Shown here: positions 25,012 to 31,990 of the stretch, in pieces
Position numbering within the stretch: the stretch's first letter is position 1
Layout of the letters: the number at the start of each line of letters is the position of its first letter
Assembly (NCBI GenBank): GCA_963704435.1
Contig: OY969902.1
Coordinates: forward strand, 300,001-332,000
Length of the DNA: 32,000 nt
From: an uncultured archaeon
GTDB taxonomy: Archaea; Micrarchaeota; Micrarchaeia; Micrarchaeales; CABMGC01
Direction of reading: 5' to 3'
Made by a program: the position numbers and the translations under genes
Notes under the pieces: generated by a model
What the model was told of the DNA's origin: nothing
The model's input: the letters and a program-made list of their open reading frames with translations, nothing else
Databases searched by the model: none

Positions 25012-27003
25012 TCATACCTCAGCGTCCTTATTCTCCTGCCTGAAGATCGCGGTAGCGCGTATATCGTCAGGTTTGCCCGGAACCTCCTCGACTTCCCCTC
25101 CGAATACCATGAAGTTGCACAGGATCGGGCGCCAGGACTCGGGAGCGAACAGGAATTTAGGGTAACGACCTACCTTTATGCCCTCCGGGTGGGCCAGGAG
25201 CGCAGCCTTAACCTCTTTTAGAGGTGTTATAGGCATTATAGTGGTAGGTATGGCAGGTTTGGTGGCTTCTACACTCTCTTTATTATTTTCGTTCTCGCTA
25301 CATGGGGGGTGGCTCGGAGGTGCCTGACCTACCAAACCCACCAATGTTACCCTTTTATCTTCCATATTTTTGGTCCACTTATACTGGTTCCGGTTAGGGT
25401 GGTCCTTAGCCTCGACCACTTCCATTCTTATTCCTGAAAGAACCCTGATGTTTTTGTATTTATCGAGGAACCTGCTGAATTTCAGCCATGCTTTGCCTTC
25501 GTCTTTGCTCCAGTCCAGCCAACCGAACAGGCCGGAGAAGTCGCTCTCGGCGTCCATGAACTCGCTCTTTATATCTTTTTTGTTTATCCAGTTCTCTCCC
25601 CACTTCGCATAGGCTAATTCAAAGAGCACTTTCATCTCCCGCGTCTCGCGGTCACCGCCCATAGCGTCCGAAGTGTCGTTTGGCTTGCACGGGCTCCCAT
25701 AACCGGCGGCCTCCATTATCCCGCCCGCTACCCGCGCCCATTCGTGGTAGCTGGTGAACGGGACGTTGCCAGGCCTCATGCCAGTCTCGCACCAGTTCCT
25801 TACCAGCGCATACAGGGCGCTCAGTATGTCACCCCTGTTCTCCGCGATCCATTCGTGCAGGTTCGGGGTCTCGAACTTCCGGTCATTCGGGTCCTCCTCG
25901 CCGAATTGCAGATTGACGAACACGCACCGCGCCGCCAGGTCAGGGGTGTACGTTATCCCTGTGTTTGCCGACATGGAGAGCTCCAAAGTGTTCGGGTACG
26001 TCAGCATGGTGTTGCTCCCGAGCTGCCTGTCGGTTATCACCTCGGCAGTCGCGGCCCTTTCGAGTTCTGCGCTGTTGATATAACCCTTGTTGTTGCTCGA
26101 ATGTATGCGGCCCCTCCCGCTTTTGAGTGTCGAGAGCACTTTCTTCCTGAACTCGTCGTCATGCGTCTCCCTCTCGCTCGATATTGCGGGGTCCTCTATG
26201 GCCGCGCCCTCGAACACTATGCCAGGTATTCCAGCGCAGTAGTCTTTGCCCGACCTCTCCCTATTCGCCTTAAAGAAGAATATGGGCGTCCTGGAAGTCT
26301 CGCTCTTATAGAGGCCTCTGCAAAACTGCGTAAGCAGCCCAGCAATGGCATTGGCGCGGTCCTGCTCGGCCACGAAACAGAACTCGCGGTATATCCTGCC
26401 TATCAGTGCCTTCGCGTCCTCCAGCTTCATGTCGGTCCTGATCTCCGGCGCGTCCAGAGGCAGCCAGGAGCGAAGCCCTGGGTCATAGCCCTTTTGCGGG
26501 AACGCGAGTTTGCCGTCTTTAAGCAGCGGCATAGGCACGCTGTATATCCTCTCTATCGCGGGGAGGTTGGCCCTGAACTGGGCCTCGCTCGCCAGCGTAA
26601 CCTCCGCGTTGTTCGGGGATAGGCTTTTAGTCACGAAATAGTTGCTCAGCCTCTCATGCTTCTCTATGCCGACGGTAAAATGCTCCTCGATCAAAGTTAT
26701 GAGCTCTGTGCTCTTTACCGGCTGGAATACCAGCACCTTCTTATCCTTCCGCTCACCTACCGCCTGCATTGCGAGCCTGACGACCTGGCGCTCATTTGGT
26801 TTGTAAAAAAGCACCTTCTTATCGCTGAAATACATGCCTAATTCAGTTGCAAACTCTCCGTTAGGCCTGCCTTCTCCTGGGAGCAGCAGTTCCTTTTTGG
26901 CCGCCTTCGCCGCCATGTATTCCGTTGCGGCAGTGACAGGATCGCGCCCGGCAGCCATTGCGTCGGCGACGCGCTTTTCAAGGAGCTTATCTTCGCTCAT
27001 CAT
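25012..27003 (-). CDS. large putative replication-associated protein with SF3 (D5/P4-type) helicase-like layout and atypical P-loop
   Basis: 663 aa. The central region reads 'FFFKANRERSGKDYCAG ... ELERAATAEVITDRQLGSNTMLTYPNTLELSMSANTGITYTPDLAARCVFVNLQF ... ILSALYALVRNW'. This follows the order of Walker A-like, B, motif C (..N) and Arg-finger regions of primase-helicases, but with non-canonical residues. Confidence 0.35.
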   Translation of the reverse strand: MMSEDKLLEKRVADAMAAGRDPVTAATEYMAAKAAKKELLLPGEGRPNGEFATELGMYFSDKKVLFYKPNERQVVRLAMQAVGERKDKKVLVFQPVKSTELITLIEEHFTVGIEKHERLSNYFVTKSLSPNNAEVTLASEAQFRANLPAIERIYSVPMPLLKDGKLAFPQKGYDPGLRSWLPLDAPEIRTDMKLEDAKALIGRIYREFCFVAEQDRANAIAGLLTQFCRGLYKSETSRTPIFFFKANRERSGKDYCAGIPGIVFEGAAIEDPAISSERETHDDEFRKKVLSTLKSGRGRIHSSNNKGYINSAELERAATAEVITDRQLGSNTMLTYPNTLELSMSANTGITYTPDLAARCVFVNLQFGEEDPNDRKFETPNLHEWIAENRGDILSALYALVRNWCETGMRPGNVPFTSYHEWARVAGGIMEAAGYGSPCKPNDTSDAMGGDRETREMKVLFELAYAKWGENWINKKDIKSEFMDAESDFSGLFGWLDWSKDEGKAWLKFSRFLDKYKNIRVLSGIRMEVVEAKDHPNRNQYKWTKNMEDKRVTLVGLVGQAPPSHPPCSENENNKESVEATKPAIPTTIMPITPLKEVKAALLAHPEGIKVGRYPKFLFAPESWRPILCNFMVFGGEVEEVPGKPDDIRATAIFRQENKDAEV

Positions 27004-27188
27004 GCCACCCTCGAAGTCTCGGAGATTCGATCAATGCTGGCCCAACCGATAAGCTCCTCTTTGCCGTTGAAATAGCGCAGCACGATATAGTTCGGCTCGA
27101 TTTTAAGCAGCGTGCCGAACCGCTTATATCCGTCCTTCTGCACCACAAGGACGTTTCTGCCTAACAATTCGTTTTCTCCCATTGCCAC
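27000..27188 (-). CDS. small beta-rich protein, possibly Sm-like fold
   Basis: 62 aa. 'GRNVLVVQKDGYKRFGTLLKIEPNYIVLRY...IGWASIDRI' resembles the Sm1/Sm2 spacing. It has an ATGA overlap with the downstream gene. Confidence 0.35.
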   Translation of the reverse strand: MAMGENELLGRNVLVVQKDGYKRFGTLLKIEPNYIVLRYFNGKEELIGWASIDRISETSRVA

Positions 27189-27208
27189 TACCTCGTTTAA
27201 TCATTCGC

Positions 27209-27343
27209 CTATCTCCTGTACCTGAACCCCGTATATCTGAACTGGTGGCCCGTGACCGTCGAGGTGGCTATCCCGTTCTCGTCTATGGTGAACGGCACCC
27301 TCCGCCTTATCACGGGATCGAAAGCAGTGATATATCTCGCCAT
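27209..27343 (-). CDS. possible 44-aa micro-ORF
   Basis: Manual translation gives MARYITAFDPVIRRRVPFTIDENGIATSTVTGHQFRYTGFRYRR*. Its ATG shares one nucleotide with the upstream TGA. Confidence 0.25.
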   Translation of the reverse strand: MARYITAFDPVIRRRVPFTIDENGIATSTVTGHQFRYTGFRYRR

Positions 27344-27504
27344 CAACTCACCACAAAGCGAACCTCCAACCGCATGGAGCCGGGTAGCAACTTACTGAAC
27401 TTCTTGCACTTGCACCCCTTCACGAAGCAGGCACCCCTGCCAACGCGCCCAAACCCGAAGGTGTGGACGTGCTCCTTCGCATCATGTCCGCATCCGCATT
27501 TCAT
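27343..27504 (-). CDS. possible 53-aa zinc-binding micro-protein
   Basis: Manual translation gives MKCGCGHDAKEHVHTFGFGRVGRGACFVKGCKCKKFSKLLPGSMRLEVRFVVS*. It has a 'CGCGH...EH...C...GCKC' pattern and an ATGA overlap with the upstream gene. Confidence 0.35.
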   Translation of the reverse strand: MKCGCGHDAKEHVHTFGFGRVGRGACFVKGCKCKKFSKLLPGSMRLEVRFVVS

Positions 27505-27770
27505 GCCTTCACCCTCAAAGTATCCTGCTGCTCCAACGCCTTCAGGAGCTCCGCCTTCTTTACGAATAGCTGTCTCTGCAACTGCCTGAGCTCCCCAGCG
27601 AACCTCGGGTCGCTCAGGCCCAGCGCGTACAGCCTTATCTTCTCTATCAGCGCGTACAGCTCAGAGAAGGTCGTGCCTATTGCCTGCCCCTGCCTGTCGG
27701 TCTCGATAGTCCTCTCTATCTCCGCCTCCATGCCCCTGAGTCTTATCATTTCGGTCTTCAGCTCATCCAT
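27501..27770 (-). CDS. hypothetical coiled-coil protein
   Basis: 89 aa with a heptad-like charged composition. It overlaps the upstream gene by 8 nt. Confidence 0.45.
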   Translation of the reverse strand: MDELKTEMIRLRGMEAEIERTIETDRQGQAIGTTFSELYALIEKIRLYALGLSDPRFAGELRQLQRQLFVKKAELLKALEQQDTLRVKA

Positions 27771-28209
27771 GCTTATCCCTCATTAAAAGCGCATGCTTAT
27801 CCCTCATTAAAAGCGCGAATGATGCAATGAGAACAGCGAGATAGGCCAGATAGCCATACATGAACGGCACGGATTGACTATCCTGCACAGGCAGCGATTC
27901 GTTGCTGACTATCTCGGCCCACCACTGCGAGTACGCAGCAGGGTCTGAGGCTTCGAGCGCGGCCAGTTGAGTCACGTTCTCCGAGGTCGTCGAGATCGAG
28001 TACCCGACCAGCGGGGCGGGTGCTTTGTAGGTTAGTGGCAGGTGCAGCGCTATCGTTCCAGTCAGCCCAAACTGCGCGTCTATCGCTCTGTTTATGGTCT
28101 CGTGGTAGTATGCCCCGGCATATACCGCGAAATAAAACCCCAGTACCGCCAGCAGAACGAGCGCTGCCATGCCCTCACATAGCTTCTTTTCAAAGGTGTC
28201 CATTTCCAT
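27763..28209 (-). CDS. hypothetical membrane protein (N- and C-terminal TM helices)
   Basis: 148 aa with TM segments 'GMAALVLLAVLGFYFAVYAGAYY' and 'YGYLAYLAVLIASFALL' flanking an extracytoplasmic loop. The C-terminus carries the duplicated octapeptide. Confidence 0.5.
   Translation of the reverse strand: MEMDTFEKKLCEGMAALVLLAVLGFYFAVYAGAYYHETINRAIDAQFGLTGTIALHLPLTYKAPAPLVGYSISTTSENVTQLAALEASDPAAYSQWWAEIVSNESLPVQDSQSVPFMYGYLAYLAVLIASFALLMRDKHALLMRDKHG
27768..27815. repeat. perfect 24-bp tandem duplication (2 copies)
   Basis: The sequence 'catgcttatccctcattaaaagcg' occurs at 27768-27791 and again at 27792-27815. It encodes the 'ALLMRDKH' x2 tail of the 148-aa protein. One copy contains the ATG of the next gene. 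Confidence 0.95.
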
Positions 28210-28229
28210 TACCTCAAATCAAATATTCC

Positions 28230-28904
28230 CTATAAAGACCTGAAAAATTCCAATATCGCATTTATCAGCGCGGTCAATCCCGCATAGCTGAAGGTCGGTG
28301 GCTGCGAGGACGGTGCTGACTGCGATCCTGCCGGTATCGTGGTGGTGACTGGAGGGATGTATGCCTGAACGCTGCCTATAAAGTAGTCTATCCTGGTGTC
28401 CGGGTGGTAAATCGCGGTGTAGTTATCTATCAGCACCGCCACCTCCCCGCTCTGGCCTGTGAGAGGGTTCGCGGTGTCGTTCAGCGTCGCATATATGGTG
28501 ACGTATGGGTTTGCCGTTGTCGGCCCCGCGTATTGCGGCAGCATGGCAGTTATATACTGCACCGGCACGCAGTAGTCCACTATCGTCTGGTAAGTGGTCG
28601 CCGTCCCGCTCAGAGCGGTCACTACCTGCTGGTTCGGTATGCCTATCTCCCCGAGCTGGCCGGTTTGGTTCCCATTGCGCCAGAAAGTAAGCACATAGTT
28701 GGAGGGGTTGCCGTTGAACGCCGCGCCTTGTACTATGATGGTGCTGCCCGGGTTCGTTATCCCGTCGAGGGTACCCTGGCAACCGCTCTGGCCGAACTGG
28801 AAGCCGTTGTATATGTTTTTGCCGAACCCCCCGAATGTCCAGGCGGCCAGCAGGCTCGCTATAACCAGGAGGAATATCAGCAATGCGAAGATTCTGCCGT
28901 TCAT
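28230..28904 (-). CDS. secreted/anchored protein (candidate structural protein of the element)
   Basis: 224 aa with an N-terminal signal/anchor 'IFALLIFLLVIASLLAAWTFGG', a Gly/Asn/Thr/Gln-rich beta-type composition and several sequons. It has an ATGA overlap with the upstream gene. Confidence 0.55.
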   Translation of the reverse strand: MNGRIFALLIFLLVIASLLAAWTFGGFGKNIYNGFQFGQSGCQGTLDGITNPGSTIIVQGAAFNGNPSNYVLTFWRNGNQTGQLGEIGIPNQQVVTALSGTATTYQTIVDYCVPVQYITAMLPQYAGPTTANPYVTIYATLNDTANPLTGQSGEVAVLIDNYTAIYHPDTRIDYFIGSVQAYIPPVTTTIPAGSQSAPSSQPPTFSYAGLTALINAILEFFRSL

Positions 28905-29158
28905 ATTATACCCGCGCTATAAAGCAGCATGAGGACCGCGACGGCCACGATGATTAGCCCTATTACCAGCAGTATTTTAGCGAGGCTGGCAACCACGACC
29001 AGCACAATTCCTATAAGCATCAGGCCCAGCGGCCCCGCATTCTGAATCGCCTGCACCGCATTGGTAGCGAACCATTGCTGCAAAGCCGAGGCTATGCCAG
29101 AGTTTATGCTCGTGGTGATGCTCGAAACAATATCAAACAGGGTAAGTATAGGCACCAT
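28901..29158 (-). CDS. small, highly hydrophobic membrane protein (candidate virion membrane/capsid protein)
   Basis: 85 aa with an amphipathic N-terminal helix. A 40-residue hydrophobic hairpin follows: 'GPLGLMLIGIVLVVVASLAKILLVIGLIIVAVAVLMLLY'. Confidence 0.5.
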   Translation of the reverse strand: MVPILTLFDIVSSITTSINSGIASALQQWFATNAVQAIQNAGPLGLMLIGIVLVVVASLAKILLVIGLIIVAVAVLMLLYSAGII

Positions 29159-29162
29159 ATTC

Positions 29163-30350
29163 TCACCCGCAGGCCACTATAAGGGTCCTCAGCCCCAGCC
29201 AAAGCACTACCTCAACGACCAGGGCCATAAAGGGCCACGCGAAGGCATAGAAGCGGTATTTGTTGCCCGGGCTGCCATAATACTGGACATAAAGGATAGT
29301 CGCAAGCAGGGCCATGACCATGCCGAATATCAGTGAATAAGGCAGCGTCACCGAATTGCCGTTTATCGTGAGCACCGACCCTGCGGTATAAGCGCTTACT
29401 AGATAGCCGTTGAATATGCTGGTGGCATTGCTTGAGCAGCTCGGCGCGGTGGTGTTCTTACTGGTGGCCGAGGTCGCGCTTACCGTTTGGGTTATGTTGC
29501 TGGCCGTCGTAGTTCCGCCGCCCGAGGGGGTCGAGTAGGAATAGCTGAACTGGTTGTTGCCGAGGGTATTGCTATAAAGACTGCCTGAAAGAGTATACTG
29601 CCCGTTCTTGATGTAACTCGCGGGGACCTGGACCAGCACATTGCCAGGGGTGTGCACTATCACCCCGTCAATGTTTATGGCATAGTCAGGAATAGCCTGC
29701 AAAATATTGGCAGTAACGAATGATAGGGTGCCGTTGGTGGAGGTATAATTGGCGTACTGATGCACACCCGCCGCCAGGTAGTTCCCCGCGAGCTTAACAT
29801 TGCCGTAAGTTGTGCTCTCTGTGACGTTGCCGACCAGCCCGATTATTATGGGGCTGTTGGCAGGAACGCCCATAGCGATAAGTTCGTTGGCCTGCTGCGC
29901 GTTCCACTTCGTAATATTCAGGTAGGTCCAGTATTTTATTATCGTGGTTCCCCCGAATACGGCGGTGCCGGGGTTGGCGTATCCCGCGCAATCGGAGGCG
30001 GCATAGGAGGAGGTGCAGGCGAGGTATTGGTCCCCCCTGCTGCTCTGCGTCGCTCCGAAGCCGGAGATGACTATGTTTCCCGAAGGCGCGACCATGTTGG
30101 AGACCACGACGGTAGTGACCCCGTTTGAGGTAGTAAACGGGATTATTCCGCCAGCGTAGGGCGACGCGGTGCAGTTGCCCTGGCCCCAGCAATACGGGTT
30201 GTAGGCACCTATCTGAAAGGAACCGCTGAGGCCTCCCGGAAGGCCGATTATGCTGAACGTAAGGCTGTTATTCGGTATGGTATTCGATCCGGCGGCCATG
30301 CCTGCCATGAGGAGCAGGGCCAGGATAAGGAACCGCCGCGAGATGTTCAT
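29163..30350 (-). CDS. secreted glycoprotein-like protein with Sec signal peptide and two C-terminal TM helices (candidate spike/adhesin)
   Basis: 395 aa with the signal 'RRFLILALLLMAGMAAGS', about 10 N-x-S/T sequons, paired Cys residues, a T/S-rich segment, and C-terminal TMs 'LIFGMVMALLATILYV' and 'FAWPFMALVVEVVLWLGL'. Confidence 0.6.
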   Translation of the reverse strand: MNISRRFLILALLLMAGMAAGSNTIPNNSLTFSIIGLPGGLSGSFQIGAYNPYCWGQGNCTASPYAGGIIPFTTSNGVTTVVVSNMVAPSGNIVISGFGATQSSRGDQYLACTSSYAASDCAGYANPGTAVFGGTTIIKYWTYLNITKWNAQQANELIAMGVPANSPIIIGLVGNVTESTTYGNVKLAGNYLAAGVHQYANYTSTNGTLSFVTANILQAIPDYAINIDGVIVHTPGNVLVQVPASYIKNGQYTLSGSLYSNTLGNNQFSYSYSTPSGGGTTTASNITQTVSATSATSKNTTAPSCSSNATSIFNGYLVSAYTAGSVLTINGNSVTLPYSLIFGMVMALLATILYVQYYGSPGNKYRFYAFAWPFMALVVEVVLWLGLRTLIVACG

Positions 30351-30679
30351 ACGCTCACCGCCAAAGTGCGGGCCCGCAGCTCCGCCGCCGCCTGCCGCAT
30401 TTTCAAGACTAATGGCCGCAACAAGGCCACGAGCTGGCTGTCCTTCACCAAGACCAGCGAGTTGCCCTCGCAGATTCCGACGAGGGAGCGTTCGCCATTG
30501 AGGGCCAGCTTATCCCGGAGCGTACAAGGGATATAGAGGAATAGAGCACCGTTCTTGCTTTCGACGCGGCAGAGATCGAGAGTCGGCCCTATCCCGAATC
30601 CTTTTAATAGGCGGGTGAGCCTTTCCTCATTAGCTGGACTGTTGGGGGCGTTTGCAGCGCCCTCCGATTCCTTTTTCAT
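30347..30679 (-). CDS. AbrB/SpoVT-like DNA-binding protein (second copy of this fold class in the element)
   Basis: 110 aa. 'ALFLYIPCTLRDKLALNGERSLVGICEGNSLVLVKD' fits the swapped-hairpin pattern. It has ATGA overlaps on both sides. Confidence 0.45.
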   Translation of the reverse strand: MKKESEGAANAPNSPANEERLTRLLKGFGIGPTLDLCRVESKNGALFLYIPCTLRDKLALNGERSLVGICEGNSLVLVKDSQLVALLRPLVLKMRQAAAELRARTLAVSV

Positions 30680-30960
30680 GGCGCTTTCACCTCATCGCTC
30701 TCCGACTTGGGCTGTTTCTTGACCAAAGCGCGGTACCACAGCAGAAGCTGCTCGGCGGGGGTTGGCTGGCCGGTCATCGAATTACCCCGAGGGCGTTGCC
30801 GAGCAAGAATCGAACCAATGAGGAACGCGATCGCTCTGTCTTTTTGGCTTCGGCATCCAGTCTTTTCTTCAATGCCGTCGACATTACGATAATTACGCGC
30901 TCTTCCTGTGCTTCTCGCATCCGACTCTCCTTTGTATGTCAGTATTATGTGCCGAAGCAT
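30676..30960 (-). CDS. hypothetical basic protein (first gene of the block)
   Basis: 94-aa ORF whose ATG directly abuts the AT-rich region. A TATA-like 'gtataattac' lies about 25-30 nt upstream on the minus strand. Confidence 0.35.
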   Translation of the reverse strand: MLRHIILTYKGESDARSTGRARNYRNVDGIEEKTGCRSQKDRAIAFLIGSILARQRPRGNSMTGQPTPAEQLLLWYRALVKKQPKSESDEVKAP

Positions 30961-31012
30961 ATATTAAAATAATAAAACCTAAGTAATTATACGACTATAA
31001 GAGGTAATTTAC
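30961..31012. promoter_or_regulatory. AT-rich divergent promoter region
   Basis: A 52-nt stretch of about 80% AT separates the minus-strand block from the plus-strand wHTH gene. An SD-like 'gaggt' (31001-31005) lies 7 nt before the TTG at 31013. Confidence 0.45.
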
Positions 31013-31990
31013 TTGTATAATTCAAAAGGCGCGAATCTGGCCAATGCATCGATATCGAGAATCTGCCTTGTGCTCCTATCCCATCTTGACGAACCGATAC
31101 CGATAAAGCAAATAACCGAAGAAGTCTACGCCGATGCTCGTACTGGCTACAGAGCAATGCCTAATCGAGAGAAAAATAAAGCAGGTCGCAAACGCAACTC
31201 AGGCGAATTCTTCAAAGCAAATTACCAGGAAGTTCACCAATGTTGTGCGGACCTAAAAAAGCAGGGGCTCATAGAAATAACCAAATCAGATAAAGATGGA
31301 AGGCAATCGCTCGTTAAGCTCAATCTGAAAGGCCTTCTCACAAAAATCTTCGGGCCAAGAACCAATAAAAAATCACTCGTTGTGCTAAATAAATCTCTAT
31401 CGCCTATTGAAGAATGGAACCACATAATTGCAAATATTAAAAGCGCCATACTTGGAACTAAATCTCTTATGAAAACGCGCTCTGATTATATCGCTGCAAT
31501 TAAAAAAAGCGGTGGGAGCGAATACGAACGAAATATTGCTTTGCCTGAGAAGGAAAAAGAAATGCAAAAATACGCTAAAGAGCTAACGCAAAAAGAACAA
31601 AGATTAAGGAGTATGCAAAACGATTTGGCAGAGGCAAAGGCCATAGGGAAGTCCTCTGCATTCAGTCTAAATGATTCCGAAATAAATTTTCTTTTGAAAA
31701 GACTTGACTGCACCAATTTGAAAAGAGAATTCAATTGGCTTAGAAAAGGAGGAATGCTTAATTACCTGAATGGCAATTCGAACATTATCAAAATTCTCGT
31801 TGCCGTAATTAAAAGATTAGACTTACCAGGTTCTTGCTATGGTGACTATCACATATCGCTCAAACTACTTGGAATTGACGGAACAGATACTGCGCCAATA
31901 ACTGAAAACGTTCTACTTTCCTTTATTTGGAAAAGTGGTCTTCCCGATGTCGTAGAATTTTACGATAAATTCTATTGGAAAGCGCGGTGA
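31013..31990 (+). CDS. winged-helix (MarR/TrmB-like) DNA-binding protein with long uncharacterised C-terminal region; low GC
   Basis: 325 aa with a TTG start preceded by an SD. 'ICLVLLSHLDEPIPIKQITEEV...VHQCCADLKKQGLIEITKSDKDGRQSLVKLN' has a wHTH-like layout. GC drops sharply relative to everything upstream. Confidence 0.55.
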   Translation: MYNSKGANLANASISRICLVLLSHLDEPIPIKQITEEVYADARTGYRAMPNREKNKAGRKRNSGEFFKANYQEVHQCCADLKKQGLIEITKSDKDGRQSLVKLNLKGLLTKIFGPRTNKKSLVVLNKSLSPIEEWNHIIANIKSAILGTKSLMKTRSDYIAAIKKSGGSEYERNIALPEKEKEMQKYAKELTQKEQRLRSMQNDLAEAKAIGKSSAFSLNDSEINFLLKRLDCTNLKREFNWLRKGGMLNYLNGNSNIIKILVAVIKRLDLPGSCYGDYHISLKLLGIDGTDTAPITENVLLSFIWKSGLPDVVEFYDKFYWKAR

